Assembly: GCA_977020255.1 (NCBI GenBank)
Contig: CDROCS010001089.1
Location: 248,001 to 312,000, forward strand
DNA from: Obrimoposthia wandeli
Taxonomy: Eukaryota
DNA length: 64,000 bases
Reading direction: 5' to 3'
Part shown: one piece after another, positions 1 to 9,829 of the stretch
Layout of the letters: every line of letters starts with the position of its first letter
Position numbering within the stretch: the first letter of the stretch is position 1
Program-made: the position numbers and the translations under genes
The notes under the pieces: model-generated
Told to the model about the DNA's origin: nothing
Seen by the model: the letters and a program-made list of their open reading frames with translations, nothing else
Database searches by the model: none

Positions 1-162
1 TTAAGATAGGCACTAAAGCTGTGATTAAGCGCATAATAGAAGGGAAAGATCACGAGTTAGACTGTAAAGTAGACAGTGCTGGCGAAATGATGGTGACAGC
101 GAAGTTTGTGAAAAGAGCTTGAGAATCAAATCATAATAAGTTCCGTATTTTTTAGTTAGGCC

Positions 163-314
163 CATTGCTGTCCAGTTAAAAAGTGTAACCCCTCTAACTC
201 GTTGATTTGTGGTTTTCTAGCATAATAAATTGGATTTTTTCAGTCGAATAACACTTGTCGTTAACGTAAAATCAACGAGCTAAAGAACAACAAAAATTAA
301 ACCGGACACTAATG
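163..314. mobile_element. MITE family A, 152-bp copy
   Basis: Imperfect terminal inverted repeats CATTGCTGTCCAGTTAA...TAAACCGGACACTAATG. Flanked by an exact 9-bp direct repeat AGTTAGGCC (154-162 and 315-323). A related copy lies at 7384-7461. Confidence 0.85.
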
Positions 315-328
315 AGTTAGGCCCAGCA

Positions 329-781
329 ATGAATTGGTTATTTCCCGAAAAAAAACGTCATATAGCTGCTAAGCGCAGTTTAAGTTTAGCACTGCGCACC
401 TTACACCTTATTGGTATTGCTGGGCTCGCAGGGGCTTTTTTGTTTGCCTTACCCGCCAATCAATGGCAAGAGTATCTTTGGTTAACGCTCGCAAGCGGTG
501 GCCTAATGGTAGTAAAAGAAATTTATACTGATGGCATTTGGCTAGTGCAACTCAGGGGCCAAGTGATCCTCGCTAAAATACTCATTTTAGGTTTTGCATG
601 GTTTTACTTGCAAGTATTAGACAGCTGGATTTACCTGCTGTGTATTGTGCTATCAGGTATTATTGCCCATGGGCCGGGTAAGCTTCGATATTATTCTCTG
701 TGGCATCGTAAGGTATACACCGCAGATGTTCGCAAAGGTAAACCTCTAGGAATTGTTAAAAATAGCGGAGAGAGTGAATAA
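329..781 (+). CDS. conserved hypothetical integral membrane protein (about 4 TM segments)
   Basis: 150-aa ATG ORF with alternating hydrophobic segments and His-containing motifs (RTLHLIG, IIAHGPGKLRYYS). Confidence 0.75.
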   Translation: MNWLFPEKKRHIAAKRSLSLALRTLHLIGIAGLAGAFLFALPANQWQEYLWLTLASGGLMVVKEIYTDGIWLVQLRGQVILAKILILGFAWFYLQVLDSWIYLLCIVLSGIIAHGPGKLRYYSLWHRKVYTADVRKGKPLGIVKNSGESE

Positions 782-878
782 TTTGCTCTTTTAAATAGCT
801 ACTTAGATTCATATCAAAACTAGAATATTGAGCACTCGCCAAATCAATTGCATCAAAACAGAATATTCAACTAGTTAG

Positions 879-1035
879 TGCTCATCCTGAAACGGGGTCG
901 TCACGAGAGCGTCTCAATGATTCAAGATACATATTACTAGATGTGGGCGTTTGGTTATTCCAAACAACTAGATCTAGTAGTGGGTAGATTGAGTTAGTGA
1001 GTGGTTCGCAGTAGACATCCGTTTCTGGATGGGCA
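879..1035. mobile_element. MITE family B, about 157 bp
   Basis: 17-bp terminal inverted repeats TGCTCATCCTGAAACGG / CCGTTTCTGGATGGGCA (15/17). Direct repeat ACTAGTTAGT at 870-879 and 1035-1044 gives an 8-10 bp target duplication depending on the boundary chosen. No ORF inside. Confidence 0.8.
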
Positions 1036-1169
1036 CTAGTTAGTAGCTAGCACTCTTTTATAACTTTATACTGGAAAAATAACCCTCCACTTTTCTCACT
1101 CATTCCTAAAATAACCTATACCTGTGCGAATAGCTGAAACCCTCCCTTGCAGCCATACTCTTTAAAAAA

Positions 1170-1260
1170 ATGATCTATATCATCTCCTAAATAACTACTA
1201 TCTATCTTTTACGGCTAAGTTGACTTAGATCATATTAAATTTTCAAACCTACTTTACTAT
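1170..1260 (+). promoter_or_regulatory. tandem FNR/DNR-type boxes plus -10 element (class II anaerobic promoter)
   Basis: ATGAT-CTAT-ATCAT (1170-1183) and TTGAC-TTAG-ATCAT (1220-1233) each match 8/10 of TTGAT-N4-ATCAA. TACTAT at 1255-1260 places the proximal box near -41.5. Confidence 0.75.
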
Positions 1261-1313
1261 TGCCAAACGTATTTAATGTGCGTCAATGAATTTAGTTGGA
1301 TTGAGGATATACC

Positions 1314-1628
1314 ATGCACGCTTTTTTGAAACGTTACTTATTACTGGCCATGTTCATCACCGCTCTGCCAATCGCTGCATTAGCTCAAGGTGAAAATAAA
1401 CATAGCATGACTGTTGTGACGACGGGTGTTATTAAAAGTGTCTTGACTGAGAGCAAACAACTAAAAATACAGCATCAAATGATCCCCGAATGGAACATGA
1501 AAGCCATGCAAATGAAATTTAACCTAGCCCCTACGCTTAAAATTGAAAGCTTTAAACAAGGGCAAACTATCAAATTTCGTATGCAGCATAAGAATATGAT
1601 GAAATTTACTGTACTGGAAATTCTGTAG
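1314..1628 (+). CDS. CusF-like periplasmic Cu(I)-binding protein
   Basis: Signal peptide (IAALA-QG). HQMIPEWNMKAMQMKF aligns with the CusF metal site H-x7-W/M-x2-M-x-M. GQTIKF at the C-terminus. RBS GAGG. Confidence 0.8.
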   Translation: MHAFLKRYLLLAMFITALPIAALAQGENKHSMTVVTTGVIKSVLTESKQLKIQHQMIPEWNMKAMQMKFNLAPTLKIESFKQGQTIKFRMQHKNMMKFTVLEIL

Positions 1629-1704
1629 TTAGATATTTTTGTTAACTGTGCATAAACAATAGCCGAACTTATCAATTTTCGTTTACCAATACCGAGATAA
1701 CCCA

Positions 1705-3921
1705 ATGATTAATCCCTCAATTAGTAACTTTGTAGCACGCTTTAGTGCTTTTACAATTTGCTTAATTTTAGGCTTTATTAATCTAAATGCCCAAGCCATG
1801 GTGCCTGTTTCATCGCTGCAACAGTTAGAAACCGTTCGTATAGCCTTTCCCAGCGCAGATAAAATTAGCGATAAGTACCCGTTAGAAGGTGAGCAAGTCT
1901 TAGTTCGCAAGATATTAGCGGGAGAGGAAATACTAGGCTACGCTTTTAATACCAACGATGTCGTTGATATTCCCGCTTATTCAGGCAAACCGATTAATAC
2001 CTTGATTGCGATGGATACCAAGGGAACGTTAGTCGCTACCCAAGTATTAGAGCATCACGAGCCCATTTTATTGGTTGGCATCCCCGAACATACATTATTT
2101 GACTTTGTTGATAAATACCAAGGCCTAAAAGTAACCGATAGTGTCCGCGTTGGCGCGGCTAATAATAAAGATGTGATCAGCGTTGATGTAATATCAGGTG
2201 CTACTGTCACCGTGATGGTGGTCAATGAGGCAATCATGCGCTCTGCCCGAAAAGTTGCCGGTTTGCTGAATATCGCCGGCCTTTCTGCACAGGCGAAAGT
2301 ACCACCTGCAACCATTAAAACAGATGTGTTTAGCCAAGCTGATTGGCCCAAACTAACAGGTGATGGTTCTATAAGACGCTTATTGCTAGATAAAGAAACC
2401 GTCAACAAAGCTTTTATCGGCACTAAAGCGCACCGCCCTAGCGGTTCAGGGAAAAAACGCAAACAAAAGCAAACTTTTATCGAGTTATTCTATGCGCCAA
2501 TAAGTATCCCTACCATCGGTCGCAATTTACTGGGAGAACAACAGTATAAATGGCTGCTGAGCGAGTTAAACCCAGGAGACACCGCCATTGGCGTATTTGG
2601 CAAAGGCGAATATTCTTTTAAAGGTAACGGCTACGTGCGGGGCGGCATTTTCGATCGCACTCAGTTACAACAAGATGGTAAAGCAATCAGTTTTCACGAT
2701 AGCGATTACTATCGCTTAGATGATGTTTACATTGAAGGTTTCCCAGGCTTCCCAGAAATGGCCATTTTCATCGTCAGGGAACAGTACGATTTTGACTTGG
2801 GCTCTCCTTGGCAATTAGAGTTACTGGTGCGCCGCCAAATAGGCGCTTTAGATAGTATTTTCACTAGCTTCTACGGTGATTACTTAACACCGGAACAGTA
2901 CATCGATAGACCTGAACCAATAATAGAACCTGAGCCAACGCCTTTGTGGGTAACTGTTTGGGAGCAAAAGAGTTTTCAAATTGCGGTGCTTAGCGTAGCC
3001 CTTGGTTTTTTATTCATCATTATTTTTATTCAAGACGTGTTAGTGCGCTATCCTAAATTGATGCATGGTTTACGCCAAGGCTACCTAGTATTTACCGTGG
3101 TTTTTATTGGTTGGTATTGTCTAGGGCAGCTATCAGTGGTCAATGTCTTTACCTTTGTGCACGCTTTCCAAGGTAACTTTCAGTGGGATTTATTTTTACT
3201 TGATCCAGTGTTGTTTATCCTTTGGGGCTTTGTTGCGATGACAATGCTGCTTTGGGGAAGAGGTATTTTCTGTGGCTGGTTATGTCCTTTTGGTGCGCTA
3301 CAAGAACTAATCAATGAACTGGCGCGACGTCTTAAAATTAAGCAGTATGAAATTCCTTTCGCTGTTCACGAACGCCTTTGGGCGATCAAATATGTGGTTT
3401 TATTAGCATTATTTGCGATCTCTTTAGAGTCACTTTCAGAAGCGGAACGCTATTCAGAAATAGAGCCTTTTAAAACCACTTTTCTTTTAAAGTTTCAGCG
3501 TGAATGGGGCTATGTGTTCTACGCGGCAATACTACTTGTGATCAACATTTTCACGCGCAAAGTGTACTGCCGTTATATTTGCCCACTTGGCGCGGCACTG
3601 GCAATTCCTGCTCGTTTACGTTTGTTTGATTGGCTCAAGCGTCGTAAAGAGTGCGGACAACCATGCAAAGTTTGTGCGAACGAATGTGAAATTCAAGCGA
3701 TTCATCCTGACGGCACTATCAATGCGAACGAGTGCCATCAGTGCCTTGATTGCCAAGTTACCTATTATCGACAAGACAAATGCCCACCTTTAGTGGTGGC
3801 AAAACGTAAACGAGATAAACAAGCGACTGCTTTAAAAAACAAAGCAGAAATAGACATTCTAGATGTCACTAATGAGGCACCAAAAAGCGTTGCCACAATG
3901 CAAATTGGAGAACCAAGATGA
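1705..3921 (+). CDS. nosR: NosR membrane flavoprotein/Fe-S regulator and electron donor
   Basis: FMN-binding motif [15 protein letters not shown] and CRYICPLG motifs, two C-terminal ferredoxin-type Cys clusters. Overlaps the nosZ start. Confidence 0.97.
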   Translation: MINPSISNFVARFSAFTICLILGFINLNAQAMVPVSSLQQLETVRIAFPSADKISDKYPLEGEQVLVRKILAGEEILGYAFNTNDVVDIPAYSGKPINTLIAMDTKGTLVATQVLEHHEPILLVGIPEHTLFDFVDKYQGLKVTDSVRVGAANNKDVISVDVISGATVTVMVVNEAIMRSARKVAGLLNIAGLSAQAKVPPATIKTDVFSQADWPKLTGDGSIRRLLLDKETVNKAFIGTKAHRPSGSGKKRKQKQTFIELFYAPISIPTIGRNLLGEQQYKWLLSELNPGDTAIGVFGKGEYSFKGNGYVRGGIFDRTQLQQDGKAISFHDSDYYRLDDVYIEGFPGFPEMAIFIVREQYDFDLGSPWQLELLVRRQIGALDSIFTSFYGDYLTPEQYIDRPEPIIEPEPTPLWVTVWEQKSFQIAVLSVALGFLFIIIFIQDVLVRYPKLMHGLRQGYLVFTVVFIGWYCLGQLSVVNVFTFVHAFQGNFQWDLFLLDPVLFILWGFVAMTMLLWGRGIFCGWLCPFGALQELINELARRLKIKQYEIPFAVHERLWAIKYVVLLALFAISLESLSEAERYSEIEPFKTTFLLKFQREWGYVFYAAILLVINIFTRKVYCRYICPLGAALAIPARLRLFDWLKRRKECGQPCKVCANECEIQAIHPDGTINANECHQCLDCQVTYYRQDKCPPLVVAKRKRDKQATALKNKAEIDILDVTNEAPKSVATMQIGEPR

Positions 3922-5825
3922 TTGACCCTAATGATAAAGATTTACCAAAAATTGATACTGAAGATCAACATGCAAGTGAGCATGTTAAAGTAAGCCGCCG
4001 CTTATTCTTAGGGGGATCAGCAGCTTTAGTCGGCGCTGCAACCACTATGGGAGCAACTTTAGGTGGAGCGTTAACACCCAGTGTCGCTCAGGCTTCAAGC
4101 TCTGCAGCTTCAGTAGGCCCTGGCGAGCTAGATGAGTACTATGGTTTTTGGAGTGGCGGCCACTCTGGTGAAGTACGTATTCTTGGTTTGCCTTCAATGC
4201 GCGAACTTTCGCGGATACCAGTATTCAATGTCGACAGTGCAACAGGCTGGGGCATTACTAATGAAAGTAAAGCGATACTGGGCGAAAATGCCTACTTAAA
4301 TGGCGATTGTCACCATCCCCACATGTCGATGAAAGACGGTCATTACGATGGAAAGTATGTTTTTATCAATGATAAAGCCAATTCGCGTGTTGCGCGTATT
4401 CGTTGCGATATCATGAAAACCGATAAAATCACCACCATTCCAAATTGCCAAGCTATTCACGGTTTAAGAGTACAAAAAGTGCCTTACACTAAGTATGTCT
4501 TTGCTAACGCAGAATTTCGTATCCCCCATCCAAATAATGGTTTAAATATGGATGATATCGCGGGCTACTACACTCTTTTTAATGCCATTGACGCTGAATC
4601 CATGGATGTTTCGTGGCAGGTAATTGTCGATGGTAACTTAGATAACACTGATGCTGATTATACAGGTAAGTACGCATTCTCTACTGCCTATAACTCAGAA
4701 GGTGCGGTTGATCTTGCCGGTACTATGCGCGCAGAACGTGATCACTTAGTGGTGTTTAATATTGCTTTAATAGAAGCTGCAGTTAAAGCGGGTGACTTCA
4801 TTAAATTGCCAGGTTCTGATGTGCCAGTGCTTAATGGTCGTAAAGGCTCTAAGTTAACGCGCTATATCCCAGTACCTAAAAACCCGCATGGGATCAATAC
4901 TGCGCCAGGTGGTAAATATGCAGTCGCTAATGGTAAGTTATCGCCAACGGTTACCGTATTTGAACTTGCCAAATTTGACGACTTATTTGCCGATAAGATC
5001 AAGCCTAGAGATACTGTAGTAGCTGAAGTTGAGCTAGGATTAGGTCCATTGCACACCGCCTTTGACGGCAAGGGTAATGCCTTTACAACGCTGTTTATCG
5101 ATAGCCAAGTATGTAAGTGGAATATCGAAAAAGCCATTCAAGCTTATCAAGGTAAGGAAGTGGATTACATCTTGCAAAAATTGGATGTTCACTACCAGCC
5201 AGGTCACAACCATACAACTATGGGCGAGACTCGTGATGCAGACGGTAAATACTTAGTCTCTTTGCAGAAATTCTCTAAAGATAGATTCTTACAGTGTGGT
5301 CCATTACACCCAGAAAACGATCAGTTAATTGACATTTCAGGTGATCAAATGAAGCTGATCCACGATGGCCCAGCTTACGCCGAACCCCATGACTGTATGA
5401 TGGTGCATCGCTCCATGGTGAAAACACGCAAAATATACGATCGTAAAGATCCGACCTTTGCTGCCACTATTGCGATGGCAAAAGCGGATGGTGTTACCGT
5501 GCACACTGATAACAAAGTAATCCGTGACGGCAATAAAGTACGTGTTTATATGACGTCTATTGCGCCTGTTTATGGTATTACTGAGTTCAATGTTAAATTA
5601 GGTGATGAGGTTACAGTTGTCGTTACTAACTTAGATCAAATTGAAGATGTAACACACGGTTTCTGTATGGTTAACCATGGTGTACAAATGGAAATCAGCC
5701 CACAACAAACCGCTTCTGTTACTTTCAAAGCCGATAAGTTAGGCGTGCAATGGTATTACTGCAACTGGTTCTGTCATGCATTACATATGGAAATGCGTGG
5801 CCGTATGTTGGTTGAGCCCGCTTAA
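3918..5825 (+). CDS. nosZ: nitrous oxide reductase, clade I (Tat-exported)
   Basis: Twin-arginine SRRLFL signal, DCHHPH and DVHYQPGH CuZ motifs, CuA motif [15 protein letters not shown]. Confidence 0.99.
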   Translation: MIDPNDKDLPKIDTEDQHASEHVKVSRRLFLGGSAALVGAATTMGATLGGALTPSVAQASSSAASVGPGELDEYYGFWSGGHSGEVRILGLPSMRELSRIPVFNVDSATGWGITNESKAILGENAYLNGDCHHPHMSMKDGHYDGKYVFINDKANSRVARIRCDIMKTDKITTIPNCQAIHGLRVQKVPYTKYVFANAEFRIPHPNNGLNMDDIAGYYTLFNAIDAESMDVSWQVIVDGNLDNTDADYTGKYAFSTAYNSEGAVDLAGTMRAERDHLVVFNIALIEAAVKAGDFIKLPGSDVPVLNGRKGSKLTRYIPVPKNPHGINTAPGGKYAVANGKLSPTVTVFELAKFDDLFADKIKPRDTVVAEVELGLGPLHTAFDGKGNAFTTLFIDSQVCKWNIEKAIQAYQGKEVDYILQKLDVHYQPGHNHTTMGETRDADGKYLVSLQKFSKDRFLQCGPLHPENDQLIDISGDQMKLIHDGPAYAEPHDCMMVHRSMVKTRKIYDRKDPTFAATIAMAKADGVTVHTDNKVIRDGNKVRVYMTSIAPVYGITEFNVKLGDEVTVVVTNLDQIEDVTHGFCMVNHGVQMEISPQQTASVTFKADKLGVQWYYCNWFCHALHMEMRGRMLVEPA

Positions 5826-5859
5826 AACTGCTGGCAGTTTCAGGTAGAAATAGGTAGCT

Positions 5860-5891
5860 GGCGCCGCGAATTTTATTTGCGGCGCCTTTTT
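5860..5891 (+). terminator. intrinsic terminator/attenuating hairpin between nosZ and nosD
   Basis: Stem GGCGCCGCGAA / TTTGCGGCGCC followed by a T-run. Confidence 0.75.
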
Positions 5892-5911
5892 CTTTTAAAC
5901 AGAGGTAAGTT

Positions 5912-7282
5912 ATGAAGACTTTTCATCTTTACGGCAATGTCTTTACACGCTTATTGCGCTCGCCTATCCATTTTTTTGCAATACTACTGTTCAGTGCATT
6001 TACCCAGGCAGCAAGTATTCAAGTTTCACCCGCTGACAACCTACAAGCAATATTAGACGCTAGCAAAGCAGGTGATGAGATCATTTTGCAAAAAGGCCTT
6101 TATCAAGGCAATTTTAGCTTGGCAAAAAGCTTGCACTTACGTTCCGAAAAAAATGCCCAAAATGAGATAGTAATCGATGCACAAGGCTCTGGTCACGCTC
6201 TACAAATACTCGCTGAGAACACAATAGTAGAAAATTTGCGCATTATTAACTGGGGGGATGATTTAACCGATCAAGATGCCGGAATTTACATTGCCAAAAA
6301 AGCCACTGGCGCTGTCGTACAAAACAACAGCTTGCAAGGCGGTGGGTTTGGTATCTGGGTTGATGCAACTAAAGATGTACGAATATCAAACAACAAAGTA
6401 CAAGGTGATACTGCAATACGCTCCACCGATAGAGGCAACGGCATCCACTTATTTAATGTCACTGGCGCCAAAGTACAAGGCAATGAAATTTGGCACACCC
6501 GAGATGGTATTTATATAGATACAAGTAACAATAATTCCCTTTTAGATAATAGAATTCACGATCTGCGCTACGGCATCCATTACATGTACTCGTACAATAA
6601 TTTGTTACAAGGCAATCACACTGAAAATACCCGTACTGGCTATGCACTCATGCAATCTAAGTTTCTTACGGTGCTTGACAACCATTCAAAAAACGATGCT
6701 AACTATGGCATTTTGATGAATTACATCACTAACTCTAAATTGCGTAATAATCACATTAGCGGCATTCAAAATAAACGTAATCCTCATATGCAAAAACTAA
6801 GCAACACCATGAGCCGCCGCAAAGGGCTGGAAGGCAAGGCGCTGTTCATCTACAACTCGCTATTTAATGAATTCATTGATAACAATTTCCAAAGTAGCGA
6901 CATTGGCATTCATTTAACAGCGGGATCTGAAAACAATCAGCTTAGTGGCAATAATTTTATCAATAACAAAACCCAAGTTAAATACGTGTCTACCAGAGCG
7001 CAAGATTGGTCGGGTAATTATTGGAGTGACTATTTAGGCTGGGACATGAATGCAGATGGCATCGGCGACATCAAATACGAACCTAACGATAGTGTCGATC
7101 GCTTACTTTGGAAATTCCCAAGTGCAAAATTATTACTTAATAGCCCCGCAATAGAAACGCTGCGCTGGGTACAACGTCAGTTTCCGGTATTGAAAGGCTC
7201 GGGCGTTATCGATAGCCAACCTTTGATCAAGCCACGAACAAACTTGAGTGCAGCGCAAAAAATAGCCCTGAGTAATCCTTAG
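5912..7282 (+). CDS. nosD: NosD periplasmic maturation protein (beta-helix)
   Basis: RGNGIHLFN, HDLRYGIHYMYS and GNYWSDYLGWD motifs; position after nosZ. Confidence 0.97.
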   Translation: MKTFHLYGNVFTRLLRSPIHFFAILLFSAFTQAASIQVSPADNLQAILDASKAGDEIILQKGLYQGNFSLAKSLHLRSEKNAQNEIVIDAQGSGHALQILAENTIVENLRIINWGDDLTDQDAGIYIAKKATGAVVQNNSLQGGGFGIWVDATKDVRISNNKVQGDTAIRSTDRGNGIHLFNVTGAKVQGNEIWHTRDGIYIDTSNNNSLLDNRIHDLRYGIHYMYSYNNLLQGNHTENTRTGYALMQSKFLTVLDNHSKNDANYGILMNYITNSKLRNNHISGIQNKRNPHMQKLSNTMSRRKGLEGKALFIYNSLFNEFIDNNFQSSDIGIHLTAGSENNQLSGNNFINNKTQVKYVSTRAQDWSGNYWSDYLGWDMNADGIGDIKYEPNDSVDRLLWKFPSAKLLLNSPAIETLRWVQRQFPVLKGSGVIDSQPLIKPRTNLSAAQKIALSNP

Positions 7283-7383
7283 GACATCGTTTTGAGCAAA
7301 GAAAAGAAACAGCTTATGAAAAAGACATATGAGTACAAAGAGTAAATAACTGCTTAGTATCTACCTAAGAAGTTACCTACTAA

Positions 7384-7461
7384 CATTACTGTCCGGCTAA
7401 AAAGTGTAAGTTTCTAAATCAATGAGTTAAAGAACACCAAAAATTAAACCGGACACTAATG
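7384..7461. mobile_element. MITE family A, 78-bp internally deleted copy
   Basis: First 26 bp match 163-188 at 23/26 and last 46 bp match 269-314 at 43/46. Flanks ACCTACTAA / ATTTACTAA (7/9) look like an aged 9-bp target duplication. Confidence 0.8.
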
Positions 7462-7497
7462 ATTTACTAAGTAAAAGCCCGGCAGCAAGGAATCGCC

Positions 7498-8457
7498 ATG
7501 AGTATTGTTGAATTAAAGCAAGTTGAAAAAAAATATCAGAATGTACATGCCCTGCAAGCGTTAGACTTGAGCTTGCAACCTGGCCAAGTGTTTGGTTTGT
7601 TTGGCCACAATGGTGCCGGTAAAACCACCGTTATCAAGCTTATACTTGGCTTAATCGAAGCTAGCAGTGGTCAAGTGTCTGTATTTGGTGAAAACCCTAC
7701 CCAAGCTAAAGCACAACACATCCGAGAAAAATTAGGCTTTTTACAAGAAAATGTCAGCTTTTATGACCAGCTAAGTGGCTTAGAAGTATTAGAATATTTC
7801 GCACAATTAAAAGGTATTCCCAAAAAGCAATGTACGGCGCTGCTTGAGCAAGTGGGTTTAATCCATGTCTGTAAACGCCGAGTACACACTTACTCAAAAG
7901 GTATGCGCCAGCGCTTAGGCCTTGCACAAGCATTATTAGGCAAACCAAAATTACTCTTGTTAGATGAGCCAACCGTGGGTTTAGATCCTATTGCCACCCG
8001 CGAGTTTTACCAATCTATTGACCAGCTTAAAAAAGATGGCTGTAGTATTGTACTGTGCTCTCACGTATTACCAGGCGTTGAAAGATACATTGATCGTGCG
8101 CTTATTTTAGGCAAAGGTAAACAATTAGCCACTGGCAGTATTAAAGAACTGAGAGAGCAAGCGCATTTACCTGCAACGATGCAACTGCACGGCATTGATG
8201 AACAAAGCTTACGCGCACAGTTACAGCTAACTATGCCTCAATTATCAGCGCAGCTGGAACAAAATTTGCTTCAACACAGTGATGGTAGCTTGAGTTTACA
8301 AGTGCCCATGAGTGATAGAATGGAAGCGATTCGCCAGCTCTCACAAATAGCAGATTTACAGAATCTAGATATCCACCTACCTTCATTAGAAGACTTATAC
8401 GGTCACTTTATTTCAACGCATCTTTCACACATTGGTAAACCTGAGGTAGCACTATGA
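7498..8457 (+). CDS. nosF: NosF ABC transporter ATPase
   Basis: Walker A GHNGAGKT, signature YSKGMRQR, Walker B LLLLDEP; nos context. Confidence 0.96.
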   Translation: MSIVELKQVEKKYQNVHALQALDLSLQPGQVFGLFGHNGAGKTTVIKLILGLIEASSGQVSVFGENPTQAKAQHIREKLGFLQENVSFYDQLSGLEVLEYFAQLKGIPKKQCTALLEQVGLIHVCKRRVHTYSKGMRQRLGLAQALLGKPKLLLLDEPTVGLDPIATREFYQSIDQLKKDGCSIVLCSHVLPGVERYIDRALILGKGKQLATGSIKELREQAHLPATMQLHGIDEQSLRAQLQLTMPQLSAQLEQNLLQHSDGSLSLQVPMSDRMEAIRQLSQIADLQNLDIHLPSLEDLYGHFISTHLSHIGKPEVAL

Positions 8458-9281
8458 AAGCGATTATAACGGTTGCCAAAAAAGAGTTTCGCGATGGTTT
8501 ACGCAACCGTTGGGTTCTCTCTATTTGTATCATCTTTGCCGTGCTGGCAATGGGCATCGCATACTTTGGCGCAGCGGCGGCAGGCAAAGTAGGTTTTACT
8601 TCTCTATCGACAACTATTGTCAGCTTAGCTAGTTTAGCGGTGTTCATCATCCCTTTAATTGCGCTGATGCTAGCGTATGACGGTATTGTTGGCGAAGATG
8701 AGAGCGGCACGTTGCTATTGTTGATGACTTACCCGTTAACTCGTTGGCAGCTTTTATTAGGCAAAATGTTAGGCCAAGGCGCGGTGATGGCGTTTTCTAC
8801 CACAATAGGTTTTGGCTCCTCTGCCATCATGATTGGCTTCTTTTCAGCGGATATCAGCTGGCAAGATTTATTGGCACCCTACGCTATTTTTATTCTCTCA
8901 TCGGTTTTATTAGGTTGGGTTTTCATCGCGATAGCTTACGTTATTAGCGCCAGTGTTAATGAAAAATCCAAAGCGGCAGGGATCGCTTTAATAGTATGGT
9001 TCATTTTTGTATTAGTTTTTGATTTAGGGCTATTGGCTGTACTCGTGACCACGCAAGGGGATGTTAATGCCACTTTGTTTCCGTATTTGTTGCTCCTAAA
9101 CCCCACTGATATTTTTCGCTTAGTCAATATTAGCTACTTTGCTGAGCAAAACCTAAGTGGTTTGATGGCGATTGCCCAACAAACACAATTTAACCTATAC
9201 AGCTTAATGTTAGGGCTAGTTGTTTGGCTATTGGTGCCAATGGGACTGGCAATGCACATTTTTAATCGCAGAGGGCTTTAA
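8454..9281 (+). CDS. nosY: NosY ABC transporter permease
   Basis: AKKEFRDGLRNRW start, GEDESGTLLLLMTYP and LLNPTDIFRL motifs; overlaps the nosF stop. Confidence 0.96.
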   Translation: MKAIITVAKKEFRDGLRNRWVLSICIIFAVLAMGIAYFGAAAAGKVGFTSLSTTIVSLASLAVFIIPLIALMLAYDGIVGEDESGTLLLLMTYPLTRWQLLLGKMLGQGAVMAFSTTIGFGSSAIMIGFFSADISWQDLLAPYAIFILSSVLLGWVFIAIAYVISASVNEKSKAAGIALIVWFIFVLVFDLGLLAVLVTTQGDVNATLFPYLLLLNPTDIFRLVNISYFAEQNLSGLMAIAQQTQFNLYSLMLGLVVWLLVPMGLAMHIFNRRGL

Positions 9282-9282
9282 G

Positions 9283-9819
9283 ATGATTATTAAAATCAGT
9301 ATGCAGTTTAAATTATATTTTGCTTTAGCACTGCTACCTCTGCTGATGGCTTGTAATGACAACGAGCAAACTGCAATGGTGCAGCGTGCAGTGGCGATTG
9401 AAAGTAGTGATGAGTGCCATTTATGTGGCATGATAATCACCAATTTCCCCGGCCCTAAAGGCCAGCTATATACAAAAGGCATTGAGGGGAATCTCAAATT
9501 TTGTTCAACCCGCGATATGTTCGCTTTTATTGTCGACCCTGAAAACCAGCACAACATCCAACAAGTGTTTGTGCACGATATGGCAATCACGCCGTGGGAT
9601 CACCCTGATAACGAAACTTATGTTGACGCTAAAGAAGCTTTCTATGTCATCGGGCATAATAAGCAAGGTGCGATGGGCCCCACTTTAGCCAGTTTTGCCA
9701 AACGCTCAGATGCAGAGGCTTTTACAGCATTAGAAGGCGGCAAAGTATTCACTTTTGCCGAGATTGATTTAGCGACCTTAGTCGATATGACAGCACCCTC
9801 TCTTCATAAGAAAGGGTGA
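9283..9819 (+). CDS. nosL: NosL copper chaperone lipoprotein
   Basis: Lipobox LLMAC, CHLCGM motif, GAMGP motif. The ATG at 9283 just after the nosY stop is preferred to the track start at 9220. Confidence 0.95.
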   Translation: MIIKISMQFKLYFALALLPLLMACNDNEQTAMVQRAVAIESSDECHLCGMIITNFPGPKGQLYTKGIEGNLKFCSTRDMFAFIVDPENQHNIQQVFVHDMAITPWDHPDNETYVDAKEAFYVIGHNKQGAMGPTLASFAKRSDAEAFTALEGGKVFTFAEIDLATLVDMTAPSLHKKG

Positions 9820-9829
9820 AGCTGTTAAG

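Noticed and set aside
1647-1655. Single perfect DnaA box (TGTGCATAA) between the cusF-like gene and nosR
   Set aside because: Isolated 9-mers occur by chance; no neighbouring boxes.
1705-9819. Absence of nosX/apbE as an anomaly
   Set aside because: Gammaproteobacterial clade I clusters commonly rely on an apbE located elsewhere; cannot be judged from one window.
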